Positions 37,575 through 47,702 of a stretch of DNA of 50,139 bases are shown here, piece by piece. A program made the translations under genes and the position numbers. Below the pieces are notes generated by a model. The model had not been told where the DNA came from. It saw only the letters and a list, made by a program, of their open reading frames with translations, and made no database searches. The DNA is from Actinomycetes bacterium (GTDB lineage Bacteria; Actinomycetota; Actinomycetes; S36-B12): positions 1 to 50,139 of the forward strand of contig JBAXJN010000003.1 of the NCBI GenBank assembly GCA_037137855.1, given 5' to 3'. Every line of letters begins with the position of its first letter. Position 1 is the first letter of the stretch.

Positions 37575-37889
37575 GTGGCTGCTCCAATTCGCACCCCAGA
37601 GCAACGGGCCAGCGCGCTTGACGCAGCCTTGGTGTCACGACGATTTCGTGCTGATCTTCGACTTGGCTTGAAAACAGGAGCGCTAGATCCCATCGCCATA
37701 GTCAGAAGTACCGACCACACTTTGGGCTATGCAAATATTCGAGTGCGTTGGTTTCTGGAATCACTTCCCGGGGTTGGTCCTATCCGGGCTCAGGATTTGA
37801 TGGAAAGTCTGGGCATTGCTGCCACTCGACGCATCGGCGGACTTAATGATCGCCAGCGTGCGCTACTCGTAACGGCGATAAGCCGATGA
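37575..37889 (+). CDS. mihF: Actinobacterial integration host factor (mIHF/sIHF), divergent
   Basis: [20 protein letters not shown] (H2TH-like), I..TRR..GL..RQR; conserved position between pyrF and gmk. Confidence 0.82.
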   Translation: MAAPIRTPEQRASALDAALVSRRFRADLRLGLKTGALDPIAIVRSTDHTLGYANIRVRWFLESLPGVGPIRAQDLMESLGIAATRRIGGLNDRQRALLVTAISR

Positions 37890-38446
37890 ACGCCCCTCTC
37901 GTCGTTGTGTCTGGGCCATCAGGCGTAGGCAAGAGCACAGTGGTGCAAGAAGTCTTGCGTCAATCACCAGATGTTTGGCTATCGGTCTCGGCAACAACGC
38001 GCTCGCCTCGCCCGGGTGAAGTCGATGGCGAACACTATTTCTTTGTGAGTCCCGACCAATTCGATCAGCTGATTCAAGACGCTGAATTGCTGGAGTGGGC
38101 CCAATTTGCGGGCAATCGGTATGGCACCCCGCGTGGGCCAGTGCAAGAACGTCGGGATCAAGGCATTCCGGTGGTCTTGGAGATTGAACTTTTTGGGGCC
38201 CGGCAGGTTCGCAAGGCCGACAGCGGGGCAAGGCTCGTCTTTTTGGCACCACCATCCTGGGAGGTGCTGGAGGCTCGACTCAGGGGCCGGGGCACCGAAT
38301 CTGAGCAAGCGGTCGCGAGTCGGCTTGAGGCAGCTCAGGTAGAAATCGCAGCCCAAACCGAGTTCGATGATGTGGTGGTCAATACCGATGTTCAAGAGGC
38401 GGCTCAAACCTTGGTAGGGTTCTTGCATGACAACACCCCGCGGTGA
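37886..38446 (+). CDS. gmk: Guanylate kinase
   Basis: [11 protein letters not shown]-loop, [23 protein letters not shown]. Confidence 0.97.
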   Translation: MNAPLVVVSGPSGVGKSTVVQEVLRQSPDVWLSVSATTRSPRPGEVDGEHYFFVSPDQFDQLIQDAELLEWAQFAGNRYGTPRGPVQERRDQGIPVVLEIELFGARQVRKADSGARLVFLAPPSWEVLEARLRGRGTESEQAVASRLEAAQVEIAAQTEFDDVVVNTDVQEAAQTLVGFLHDNTPR

Positions 38447-38690
38447 GGGCATCGTTTACCCCTCAATTGACTCACTTCTCGAAAAAAGCGACTCCAAGTT
38501 CTCACTTGTGAGCTACGCATCAAAGCGGGCACGCCAGATCAATGCTTACTACTCCCAGCTCGGCGAAGGCCTGCTGGAGTATGTCGGTCCACTCGTTGAC
38601 ACTCATCTTCAAGAAAAATCGATCTCCATCGCATTGCGCGAGATTGATGAAGGCCTGCTCACCTCTGAGCCTCTCGAGGAGCCAGCCTGA
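38427..38690 (+). CDS. rpoZ: RNA polymerase omega subunit
   Basis: [39 protein letters not shown]. Confidence 0.96.
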   Translation: MTTPRGEGIVYPSIDSLLEKSDSKFSLVSYASKRARQINAYYSQLGEGLLEYVGPLVDTHLQEKSISIALREIDEGLLTSEPLEEPA

Positions 38691-39952
38691 CCCCGATTTC
38701 ATTCGAGGCCGGTTCACCCAATCTGGGTGGCCGGCCTCGAGTCGTGCTGGGGGTAGCCGGTGGGATCGCGGCCTATAAGGCTGTTGAAGTTCTGCGCGGG
38801 CTGACTGAATCTGGGTGCGATGTCACCGTTGTGCCAACCCAAGCTGCGTTGAAGTTCGTCGGCGAACCAACCTGGTCAGCGCTGTCAGGCAATCCGGTTG
38901 CCACGGATGTATGGACCAATAGCGCGCAAGTTCCGCATGTGCGCTTAGGCCAAAGTGCCGACGTTGTTGTGATTGCTCCTGCGACCGCAGATGTTTTGGC
39001 TCGAGCCACGCATGGCATCGCCAATGATCTGCTCACCAATACTTTGTTGACTGCTCGTTGCCCGGTGGTCATGGCACCAGCGATGCACACGGAAATGTGG
39101 GTCCATCCGGCAACACAACGCAATGTTGTCGAACTTCGTGCTCGCGGCATCATTGTGCTAGAACCGGCAAGTGGCCGACTCACAGGCACGGACACTGGTC
39201 CTGGCCGTCTACCTGATCCGTCGGCAATTGTCGATGCTGTTCAAGATGTGCTGCGGCGAACACCAACCAATGATCTTGCTGGCCTAAAGATTGTTATTAG
39301 TGCCGGTGGTACTCACGAAGCTCTTGATCCCGTGCGATATATCGGTAATCGCAGTAGTGGACGCCAAGGTGTAGAACTTGCGCGCACTGCCGTTTCTCGC
39401 GGGGCTCATGTGACGCTCGTTGCTGCCCACATGAATGTTGCACCTCCAGCTGGGGTGACTGTGGTTAACGTGAGTTCCGCCGATGAATTGCATGCAGCCA
39501 TGCGCGAGCAAAATGCCGATGTGGTCGTGATGGCCGCCGCTGTTGCTGATTTCAAGCCGGATTCCGAAGCCACGAAGAAAATTAAAAAAGAAAACCTTGC
39601 ATCTGACCGCGTGACGTTCGACCTCGTCACCACGGTTGATGTGTTGAGCTCGCTGGTCAAGGAGCGGTCAGGGGTTGTTCCGCTGATTATTGGGTTTGCG
39701 GCGGAAACAGCCGATCATCATGAACACCTGCTTGAGCTGGGTAAGGCCAAGCTTGCTCGTAAGGGTTGTGATCTGCTGGTAGTCAATGAAGTCGGTTCAC
39801 AGGAGGTCTTCGGATCAACCGAGAATTGCGTGACGATTTTGGGCAATGATGGCTCGGCGGTCCAGATTGAGCGCAGCTCCAAGGCTTGGGTAGCGGACGC
39901 GCTTTGGGATCTGGTGGCTTCACGGGTTTCACCCAATAACCCGATAGACTAA
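38687..39952 (+). CDS. coaBC: Bifunctional phosphopantothenoylcysteine decarboxylase / phosphopantothenate-cysteine ligase (start uncertain: CTG 38687 or GTG 38744)
   Basis: [59 protein letters not shown]. Confidence 0.93.
   Translation: MTPISFEAGSPNLGGRPRVVLGVAGGIAAYKAVEVLRGLTESGCDVTVVPTQAALKFVGEPTWSALSGNPVATDVWTNSAQVPHVRLGQSADVVVIAPATADVLARATHGIANDLLTNTLLTARCPVVMAPAMHTEMWVHPATQRNVVELRARGIIVLEPASGRLTGTDTGPGRLPDPSAIVDAVQDVLRRTPTNDLAGLKIVISAGGTHEALDPVRYIGNRSSGRQGVELARTAVSRGAHVTLVAAHMNVAPPAGVTVVNVSSADELHAAMREQNADVVVMAAAVADFKPDSEATKKIKKENLASDRVTFDLVTTVDVLSSLVKERSGVVPLIIGFAAETADHHEHLLELGKAKLARKGCDLLVVNEVGSQEVFGSTENCVTILGNDGSAVQIERSSKAWVADALWDLVASRVSPNNPID
38703..38740. other. Strong GC-rich hairpin at the rpoZ-coaBC junction
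   Basis: TCGAGGCCGG/CCGGCCTCGA 10-bp outer stem plus CACCCA-ATC-TGGGTG inner stem. Confidence 0.75.
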
Positions 39953-40015
39953 ACAATCGTTATTGGCGGGATTTCCGTCAGCAATATCTGTGAGAAATGT
40001 AGGGGAGTACGCTGA

Positions 40016-41266
40016 GTGTCCAAGCGACTGTTCACTTCTGAGTCCGTCACTGAAGGTCATCCAGACAAGATGGCTGATGCCATCAGTGATGCAATTCTCG
40101 ACGACCTCCTTCGTCAAGACCCAACGAGCCGGGTAGCGGTTGAAACACTGCTCACCACCGGTCAGGTGCATGTTGCTGGTGAAGTGACGACCTCAGGTTT
40201 TGCTGATGTGATGAATCTTGTGCGCGAAACTGTGCTCGAAATTGGCTATGACTCCTCGACCAAAGGCTTCGACGGCGAATCGTGCGGCATTCAGGTGTCA
40301 ATCGGCAAGCAGTCGCCAGACATCGCTATGGGCGTCGATGATGCTTATGAAGAGCGCGCCGAAGGTTCAGTAGACCCACTTGATCGTCAAGGCGCTGGCG
40401 ACCAAGGGCTGATGTTTGGTTACGCCTGCACCGACACCGTTGAACTTATGCCGCTGCCTATTTCATTGGCGCACCGATTGTCTGAGCAGCTCACCCTCGT
40501 TCGTAAGAACGGAATGGTTCCATATTTGCGTCCCGATGGTAAGACCCAGGTCACCATTGAATATGACGAGAATCAGCGTCCAGTTCGCATCGACACTATT
40601 GTGATTTCAAGTCAGCACGCAGCTGACATCAATTTGAACACGATGCTCACTCCAGATATTCGCAAACATGTTGTTGAGCCGATTCTTGCGGGTATCGATC
40701 TTGACTCTAAGGATTTCCGTTTGCTCGTGAACCCTACGGGCAACTTTGTTGTCGGCGGGCCAATGGGCGATGCTGGGCTCACCGGCCGCAAGATCATCGT
40801 GGACACCTATGGCGGAATGGCCCGTCACGGTGGCGGTGCTTTTTCTGGCAAGGATCCTTCGAAGGTTGACCGTTCTGCTGCCTATGCAATGCGTTGGGTT
40901 GCCAAAAATGTGGTTGCCGCCAGTCTTGCAACACGTTGTGAAGTCCAAGTTGCTTACGCAATTGGTAAGGCGCACCCGGTCGGTGTCTTTGTTGAAACTT
41001 TCGGCACGGGTGTTCTTAGCGATGAAGCGATTCAAGAAGCTGTGCTCCGCGTCTTTGATCTGCGTCCGGCAGCAATCATTCGCGATCTTGATCTGTTGCG
41101 TCCGATTTACCGCACGACGAGTGCGTACGGTCATTTTGGACGGCCACAAGGTACCAATGAACTCCTCGATAATTCCGATGCATCAAAGCGCACCAAAGTC
41201 GGTCCAACCTTCACTTGGGAGAGCATCGACCGTGCTGAGCTATTGCGTGAGGTTGCAGGCATCTAG
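40016..41266 (+). CDS. metK: S-adenosylmethionine synthetase
   Basis: [50 protein letters not shown]; SD AGGGGAG. Confidence 0.98.
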   Translation: MSKRLFTSESVTEGHPDKMADAISDAILDDLLRQDPTSRVAVETLLTTGQVHVAGEVTTSGFADVMNLVRETVLEIGYDSSTKGFDGESCGIQVSIGKQSPDIAMGVDDAYEERAEGSVDPLDRQGAGDQGLMFGYACTDTVELMPLPISLAHRLSEQLTLVRKNGMVPYLRPDGKTQVTIEYDENQRPVRIDTIVISSQHAADINLNTMLTPDIRKHVVEPILAGIDLDSKDFRLLVNPTGNFVVGGPMGDAGLTGRKIIVDTYGGMARHGGGAFSGKDPSKVDRSAAYAMRWVAKNVVAASLATRCEVQVAYAIGKAHPVGVFVETFGTGVLSDEAIQEAVLRVFDLRPAAIIRDLDLLRPIYRTTSAYGHFGRPQGTNELLDNSDASKRTKVGPTFTWESIDRAELLREVAGI

Positions 41267-41275
41267 CCTGTTCGC

Positions 41276-43246
41276 GTGAGTGATCAGCTCGAGTTTCTTC
41301 CCAAGCGCGCTAAACCGGCGCGTAAGGAAGCAGTTCTAGCTGAAGTAAATCCTGTTGCACAGGTGCGAATTGATGCGCCTTTGCCGCATCTTGATCGGAT
41401 CTTCGATTATGCGATCCCGGAGAAACTTGATGATGCGGTCGTTGCTGGCGTGCGAGTCCGAGTTCGTTTTGCTGGTCGACTTCTTGGTGGAGTCGTGGTG
41501 GGCAGGATCGCCGCCAGCGAAGCCAAGGTGTTGCGTCCGATTGAGAAAGTTCTCTCTCCAGAGCCAGTACTTACTGAGATAACAACTGCACTGATCAGCG
41601 CGGTAGCCCAACGATTCGCCGGCACATTCAGTGATGTCTTTCGTTCAGCGGTGCCAACACGCCATGCTCGAGGTGAAGCTGCAATTTCAAGTCGCGCACC
41701 AATGAATGCAGAACTCACCGATGAAGACTGGGCCGCGTGGGATCGTTACACGCACGGACGAGCGCTACTCGAACGCGCAAGTCAGGGGCGCCTCACTGAT
41801 GTCCGTGGAGTGTGGGGGAGCGCGCCCGCGCAAGCTTGGACGACCGACGTTGTTGCACTCGTACACGCAGTTTTGTCTCAAGACTCTGGCGGGGTGCTCG
41901 TGGTTGTGCCCGATGCATGGGATGTTCGTCAACTCGCAAAGGTCACCGAAGATCTGACATCTACCCGCGCACTGCTTTCAGCAGAACTTGGGCCTGAGCG
42001 TAGGTATCGGGAATTTTGTTCGGTATTGCGTGGTGAAGCGCGCCTTGTCATTGGAACTCGAAATGCAGTCTTCGCACCTGTGAAGGATCTCCAACTCATC
42101 ATCGTGTGGGATGACGCTGATGATGCGTGTTGGGAACCGCAAGCGCCCTATTGGAATGTTCGAGATGTTGCAGCTCTTCGGTCGCAAAGTGAATCATGTG
42201 CGCTACTTATTGGCGGGCCGTCCCGGAGTGTAGAAACGCAAAGTTGGATTGAGTCGGGTTGGGCAACAGCGCTTGAACCAGACCGCGCTTGGCTGCGTGC
42301 TCATGCTCCAGTAATTCGGGCGTTAGAAACAGAAGACCTCGCAAGAGATCCAGCCGCAGCTTCCGCACGAATTCCGCACACCGCCTGGTCTGTTGCAAAA
42401 GAAGGTTTGCGTACCGGGCCGGTGTTAATTCAAGTGCCACGCAAAGGGTATCTACCATTGTTGTCCTGTCAGCAATGCCGTGAAAGCGCAGTGTGTTCAT
42501 GCGGTGGGCCACTAGCGCTCAAATCACGCCAAGGAGTTCCCCAGTGCATGTGGTGTGGTGCGCTAGCTGGCAATTGGACATGCACGAACTGCCACAGTAA
42601 TAAGTTTCGAGCCTCAGCAACAGGAGTCGAGCGAACTGCTGAAGAATTTGGTCGGGCATTTCCTGGCACGCCAATTATTTGGTCGTCAGGTGAAAGTATT
42701 CATCGCGAGGTTGATGCAACACCCGCACTTGTGGTTGCCACCCCTGGAGCTGAACCCAGAGCTGTCGATGGTTATGCGGCGATTGTGTTACTCGATGCTA
42801 GAACTCAACTCATGAGGTCAGGGTTGCGAGCGAGCGAAGAAGCCGTGCGGCGGTGGTTTGCGGCAGCCTTGCTTGCTCGGCCAAAGGCTCACATTGTTGT
42901 TACTGCCGATCATGCGCTTACGCCTGTGCAGGCACTCGTGCGCTGGGATGCCGGTTGGTTTGCAACACGTGAACTTGCTGACCGCAAGGCCACTGGCTTG
43001 CCACCTGATTCACGGGCCGCAGTAGTTAAGGGTGAGACGAATGATCTAGTAGCTGTTATCGCAGAAGTTGAGTCGACATTGAATGTCAGAGTTCTAGGAC
43101 CAACGCAGGGGCAAGCAATCATTTTGGCTGCCCGCAAAGATGGCGCTGCTCTGGCCGCTGTCCTGCATGCGATCACTGTTTCTCGGTCGGCAAAAGCTGC
43201 TTTAGGTGCAGTTCACGTGTATCTGGACCCTCGGGATGTCAGCTAG
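41276..43246 (+). CDS. priA: Primosomal protein N' (actinobacterial type, helicase motifs degenerate)
   Basis: HLDRIFDY..P, G.RVRVRFAG, GTRNAVFAP, Cys cluster CQQC/CSC/CMWC/CTNC, G.ERTAEE, ATPGAEP; follows metK. Confidence 0.92.
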   Translation: MSDQLEFLPKRAKPARKEAVLAEVNPVAQVRIDAPLPHLDRIFDYAIPEKLDDAVVAGVRVRVRFAGRLLGGVVVGRIAASEAKVLRPIEKVLSPEPVLTEITTALISAVAQRFAGTFSDVFRSAVPTRHARGEAAISSRAPMNAELTDEDWAAWDRYTHGRALLERASQGRLTDVRGVWGSAPAQAWTTDVVALVHAVLSQDSGGVLVVVPDAWDVRQLAKVTEDLTSTRALLSAELGPERRYREFCSVLRGEARLVIGTRNAVFAPVKDLQLIIVWDDADDACWEPQAPYWNVRDVAALRSQSESCALLIGGPSRSVETQSWIESGWATALEPDRAWLRAHAPVIRALETEDLARDPAAASARIPHTAWSVAKEGLRTGPVLIQVPRKGYLPLLSCQQCRESAVCSCGGPLALKSRQGVPQCMWCGALAGNWTCTNCHSNKFRASATGVERTAEEFGRAFPGTPIIWSSGESIHREVDATPALVVATPGAEPRAVDGYAAIVLLDARTQLMRSGLRASEEAVRRWFAAALLARPKAHIVVTADHALTPVQALVRWDAGWFATRELADRKATGLPPDSRAAVVKGETNDLVAVIAEVESTLNVRVLGPTQGQAIILAARKDGAALAAVLHAITVSRSAKAALGAVHVYLDPRDVS

Positions 43247-43296
43247 TCCGTCCGAAAAGAGCCAATTTCTTCATGTTACGCGTGTGACTACCGTGA

Positions 43297-43329
43297 CATA
43301 TGGGGTTTGGTCGGTAAGGTCCCCATATG
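43297..43329. repeat. 9-bp perfect inverted repeat covering ftsK -10 box and start codon
   Basis: CATATGGGG-N15-CCCCATATG; TAAGGT at 43315-43320; ATG at 43327. Confidence 0.75.
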
Positions 43330-45873
43330 GCGTCTCGTACGTCCGCTCCAGCGCGCAAAAGTGCTGCACGCGGATCTTCCCCACGAGGCAGCGCAAAAAA
43401 GAGCGCTGCTCGTAAGAGTCCTGCACGTTCAAAAAAGGCTGCCCCCAAGCGGGTGTCTGCGCCCTTAGCCCCTGGGCCGCTCGTTCGGGTGGTCATGTGG
43501 TGTGGTCGCATGCTGCGCGGGCTTTGGCTTGGTGTGGCAACCGGGATCGGTCACGTGGCCCGCAGTCTTGGGTCAGGAGCCCGAGATCTTGAGCCGCATG
43601 AACGTCGAGACGGTGTAGCACTGGGCGTACTTGCCATCGCTGTCGCGCTCGTGGCTGGCGTGTGGTTTGGCGTTGATGCTTGGTTTGTATCTGGACTTTC
43701 CATGGTGGCTCAATCGCTGATCGGCGTCCTAGATGTCTTTTTACCGATCGCTTTAGGCGTTCTTGCTTGGCGCACCTTGCGACATCCTGATGCTGCTTTC
43801 ATCCCTGGTCGTATTCTGATCGGAAGTTCGGCGCTCACTGTTGGATTCATCGCAATGTGGCATCTCCCGCATGGCACGCCTACTCCAAGTGATGGTGCGG
43901 CAGCGATGAACTCAGCTGGCGGATTCATTGGCTGGCTTGTTTCTGCTCCGCTTGTGAGTGCTGTTGGCCCGATCGTTACTGGAGCATTGCTGTTATTGCT
44001 GATGGCATTTGGCGCTCTTGTGGTCACTGCAACTTCTTTGCACTCGGTTAAGGACCTCGTTGGTTCACTTACCAAGCGCTCGCGAACCGATCAGGATCAT
44101 TACGACGACTATGAAATCGCTGAACAATCTGAATTTGATTACGACGAAGAATTTGAAATCGATGACGTCTTTCCTGAAGGACTTGCAGGAGATGAACCAT
44201 TCATCGCACCCGTAATCGACGAGGATCACCGACCAGCTGCGTTGCTCATGTCAGGAATCGCCCCTGTGGGCTCAGGCTCTCTCTCTGATGCACACGAGAC
44301 TCAGGCCATCGCTCTTGATGCTCATCCTGCACGCCACGAGACTTTTATCGTGAGCTTAGAAGCAGAACCCAAGAAAGCAACAGAGGTTCCTCGTGCAAAA
44401 TTGCGTAAGAGCACGTATGTTCTACCACCAAGCACAATGCTCAAGACTGGCCCTGTTCCAAAGGCAGCGACAAAAGCTAATGAACTTGTGGTGGCAGCGT
44501 TAACCGAAGTTCTGGAACAATTTGGCATCGATGCAACGGTTGCCGGATTCATGCGTGGACCAACGGTTACTCGGTATGAGATCGAACTTGGACCAAGCGT
44601 CAAAGTTGAGCGAGTTACCGCATTGAGCAAGAACATCGCATATGCGGTAGCCAGTGCAGACGTTCGAATTTTGAGTCCAATTCCAGGCAAGAAAGCCATT
44701 GGAATCGAGATTCCCAATACCGATCGCGAACTCGTAGCCCTCGGTGATGTGCTTCGCAGCAAGTCTGCAACAGGGGAGCGGCACCCAATGGTGGCGGCCC
44801 TTGGAAAAGACGTAGAAGGCGGTTACGTCGTAGCAAACCTTGCCAAAATGCCTCATATCTTGGTTGCAGGGGCCACCGGTGCAGGTAAATCCAGCTGCAT
44901 GAATTCGCTCATCACCTCAATCTTGATGCGAGCCACTCCTGATGAAGTTCGCATGATCTTGGTTGACCCAAAGCGGGTAGAGCTCACGGCGTATGAGGGA
45001 GTTCCTCACCTCATTACTCCGATTATCACGAACCCCAAAAAGGCCGCAGATGCCTTGACGTGGATTGTCAAAGAGATGGACCGTCGTTATGACGATCTCT
45101 CACATTTTGGTTTCCGCCATATAGATGATTTCAACAAGGCCGTGAAAACGGGCAAGCTCACCTTGCCAGCTGGAAGTGAACGCGATCTTGTTCCATATCC
45201 ATATTTGCTTGTGGTGATCGATGAACTCGCTGACTTAATGATGGTCGCTCCGCGCGATGTTGAAGATTCGATTGTGCGTATTACCCAACTTGCGCGTGCT
45301 GCCGGAATTCACTTAGTTATCGCTACGCAGCGACCAAGTGTTGACGTGGTCACTGGTCTGATTAAGGCAAACGTACCGAGCCGATTAGCGTTCGCAACCT
45401 CGAGCGTTACTGACTCCCGAGTGATTTTGGATCAACCAGGTGCAGAAAAATTGGTTGGTCAGGGAGACGGATTGTTCTTGCCGATGGGCTCTAGCAAGTC
45501 GATGCGTATTCAGGGTGCCTTTGTTTCTGAAGCTGAGATTCGTCAGATTGTGAACCACTGCAAGTCGCAAGGTGAAGCTGAATTCATCGAGGAAGTTGTT
45601 AAGCCATCTTCAACGATGAAAGAAGTCGATGAAGATATCGGCGATGACCTAGACATTTTGCTGCAAGCAGTTGAACTCGTTGTGTCGACGCAGTTTGGCT
45701 CAACTTCGATGTTGCAGCGCAAACTCCGTATTGGGTTCGCTAAAGCTGGACGAATGATGGACTTGATGGAATCGCGCAGCATTGTTGGACCCAGTGAAGG
45801 TTCTAAGGCACGCGAAGTCTTAATTAAGGCCGATGACTTGCCTGGAACTATCGCGATGCTTCGCGGTGAATAA
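43327..45873 (+). CDS. ftsK: DNA translocase FtsK
   Basis: N-terminal TM domain, acidic linker, GPTVTRYE, Walker [24 protein letters not shown], gamma domain [18 protein letters not shown]. Confidence 0.97.
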   Translation: MASRTSAPARKSAARGSSPRGSAKKSAARKSPARSKKAAPKRVSAPLAPGPLVRVVMWCGRMLRGLWLGVATGIGHVARSLGSGARDLEPHERRDGVALGVLAIAVALVAGVWFGVDAWFVSGLSMVAQSLIGVLDVFLPIALGVLAWRTLRHPDAAFIPGRILIGSSALTVGFIAMWHLPHGTPTPSDGAAAMNSAGGFIGWLVSAPLVSAVGPIVTGALLLLLMAFGALVVTATSLHSVKDLVGSLTKRSRTDQDHYDDYEIAEQSEFDYDEEFEIDDVFPEGLAGDEPFIAPVIDEDHRPAALLMSGIAPVGSGSLSDAHETQAIALDAHPARHETFIVSLEAEPKKATEVPRAKLRKSTYVLPPSTMLKTGPVPKAATKANELVVAALTEVLEQFGIDATVAGFMRGPTVTRYEIELGPSVKVERVTALSKNIAYAVASADVRILSPIPGKKAIGIEIPNTDRELVALGDVLRSKSATGERHPMVAALGKDVEGGYVVANLAKMPHILVAGATGAGKSSCMNSLITSILMRATPDEVRMILVDPKRVELTAYEGVPHLITPIITNPKKAADALTWIVKEMDRRYDDLSHFGFRHIDDFNKAVKTGKLTLPAGSERDLVPYPYLLVVIDELADLMMVAPRDVEDSIVRITQLARAAGIHLVIATQRPSVDVVTGLIKANVPSRLAFATSSVTDSRVILDQPGAEKLVGQGDGLFLPMGSSKSMRIQGAFVSEAEIRQIVNHCKSQGEAEFIEEVVKPSSTMKEVDEDIGDDLDILLQAVELVVSTQFGSTSMLQRKLRIGFAKAGRMMDLMESRSIVGPSEGSKAREVLIKADDLPGTIAMLRGE

Positions 45874-45944
45874 AGGCCACTTGATCGGTTATACAACGGC
45901 AACGCCCCCGCATATTCGGGACATTTTGCCAGGGGGCCTTTCGC

Positions 45945-45994
45945 GAAGAGGGCTTCATCACTAGAATCGGAAGAGGGCTTCATCACTAGAATCG
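45945..45994. repeat. Perfect 25-bp tandem direct repeat (2 copies)
   Basis: GAAGAGGGCTTCATCACTAGAATCG at 45945-45969 and 45970-45994. Confidence 0.95.
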
Positions 45995-46019
45995 ACTGAC
46001 TAGCGGAGCGGAGGGCGGA

Positions 46020-46283
46020 ATGAGCGTCGGTTCAACTCTCGAGCAAGCACGAGTTGCTGCAGGTTTAACCCTCGAGGATTTGTCTCAGATCAGCAAGTTA
46101 CGGGCATCAATTTTGGGTGCCATGGAAGCCGACGATTTCAGCCACTGTGGTGGACTTGTATATGCCCGAGGTCAATTACGAGCACTGGCACCGGTGCTTA
46201 ACCTCGATCCAGACGTGTTGGTCGACCAGTTTGGCCTTGAGGTTGAAGAAGGGCTGCATGGCTCGGCTTCTGACTCTGAATAA
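46020..46283 (+). CDS. Helix-turn-helix protein, RodZ N-terminal (HTH_25)-like, lacking TM and extracellular domains
   Basis: MSVGSTLEQAR..AGLTLEDLS...KLR.SIL.AME.DDF..CGG.VYARG..R; sits between ftsK and rimO; only 87 aa. Confidence 0.8.
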   Translation: MSVGSTLEQARVAAGLTLEDLSQISKLRASILGAMEADDFSHCGGLVYARGQLRALAPVLNLDPDVLVDQFGLEVEEGLHGSASDSE

Positions 46284-46289
46284 GACAAC

Positions 46290-46295
46290 TACACT
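46290..46295 (+). promoter_or_regulatory. Putative -10 hexamer (TACACT) of leaderless rimO transcript
   Basis: TANNNT 6 nt before GTG 46302. Confidence 0.6.
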
Positions 46296-46301
46296 GGATA
46301 G

Positions 46302-47702
46302 GTGTCCCGGCCCTCTGTAGCAATCGTCACCCTTGGGTGCGCGCGCAATGAAGTTGACTCAGAGGAGCTGGCAGGTCGTCTAGCTGCCGGCGGCTGGGAC
46401 CTCGTAGAAGATGCAGAAAATGCGGATGCGGTTCTGGTGAACACATGCGGATTTGTAGATGTGGCAAAAAAGGATTCAATCGACGCGATCTTGGCCGCTT
46501 CTGACCTCAAATCTTCAGGTAAGACGCAGGCAGTTGTTGCGGTTGGTTGCTTGTCTGAACGTTATGGCGCAGAGTTAGCCGCGGAACTTCCCGAAGCTGA
46601 CGCAGTCCTTGGTTTCGATGACTACCCCGATATTGCTGATCGCCTTCGACGCATCGTTGCTGGAGATCGACCAGCAGCACACACCCCAACTGACCGTCGT
46701 TTGATGCTGCCCATTGCACCCGTAGATCGCGATGATTCAGCCGTGCATATTCCCGGACACGGAGATATCGCTGCTCCGCGACTTCGACTCGAGCAAGGCC
46801 CTGTTGCATCCGTAAAATTAGCCTCAGGCTGTGATCGACGTTGTGCGTTCTGCGCTATCCCAACCTTTCGAGGTGCTTTCGTTTCTAGGACACCCGCTGA
46901 AGTCCTTGCAGAAATTAGTGAACTTGTGCGCACGGGAGTCAAGGAAGTCGTGCTCGTCAGTGAAAACTCCACTTCCTACGGCAAAGACCTCGGCGATCTG
47001 CGCATGCTTGAGACGGTTTTGCCGAAACTTGCAGAACAGAGTGGGATTACTCGTCTGCGCGTCGCTTATCTGCAGCCCGCAGAAATTCGTCCAGGTCTTA
47101 TCGAAGCAATGGCGGAGTGCGATCAGGTAGCTCCATATTTTGATCTGTCGTTCCAACACGCCAGCGCCTCTGTGCTTCGCCGAATGCGGCGTTTTGGTGG
47201 CACGGAAGCATTCTTGGGCTTGATTGAGCGTATTCGTGATCTTGAACCAGAAGCGGGAATCCGCAGCAACGTGATCGTTGGTTTCCCCGGTGAAACTGAA
47301 GAAGACGTCGAAGAGCTAGCTCAGTTCTTACAAAAAGCACGCCTTGATGCAATCGGAGTCTTTGGATACAGCGATGAAGACGGCACCGAAGCACTGACAA
47401 TGCCCGATAAAATTAGTGCTGAGGTTATTCGCACCAGAGTCGAACGCATCTCTGCCTTGGCGGACGAAGTTATGGCGCAGCGAGCAGAGGACCGTATCGA
47501 GACCACGGTGACCGTGATCATTGAAAGATTTGATGAGGATGAAAACGGCGGGCTTCTCGCCGTGGGTCATGCCGGCCATCAAGGACCTGACGACTCTGAA
47601 ACCTTCTTGTCTGTTGAAGAAGGTGAAGTTTCAATCGGTGATGTCATCACCGCTGTTGTCGTCGATGTTGAAGGCGTCGATCTGATTGCAGAAATCGGAT
47701 GA
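46302..47702 (+). CDS. rimO: Ribosomal protein S12 methylthiotransferase
   Basis: TLGCARNEVDSE, VNTCGF, GCL (UPF0004 domain); radical SAM GCDRRCAFC; IVGFPGET; TRAM-like C-terminus. Confidence 0.95.
   Translation: MSRPSVAIVTLGCARNEVDSEELAGRLAAGGWDLVEDAENADAVLVNTCGFVDVAKKDSIDAILAASDLKSSGKTQAVVAVGCLSERYGAELAAELPEADAVLGFDDYPDIADRLRRIVAGDRPAAHTPTDRRLMLPIAPVDRDDSAVHIPGHGDIAAPRLRLEQGPVASVKLASGCDRRCAFCAIPTFRGAFVSRTPAEVLAEISELVRTGVKEVVLVSENSTSYGKDLGDLRMLETVLPKLAEQSGITRLRVAYLQPAEIRPGLIEAMAECDQVAPYFDLSFQHASASVLRRMRRFGGTEAFLGLIERIRDLEPEAGIRSNVIVGFPGETEEDVEELAQFLQKARLDAIGVFGYSDEDGTEALTMPDKISAEVIRTRVERISALADEVMAQRAEDRIETTVTVIIERFDEDENGGLLAVGHAGHQGPDDSETFLSVEEGEVSIGDVITAVVVDVEGVDLIAEIG

Noticed and set aside
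39945-39960. McbR-type TAGAC-N6-GTCTA site upstream of metK
   Set aside because: Only the left half matches; TAGACT is better explained as a -10 box
45945-45994. Possible CRISPR array
   Set aside because: Only two adjacent copies with no spacer and no cas genes in the window
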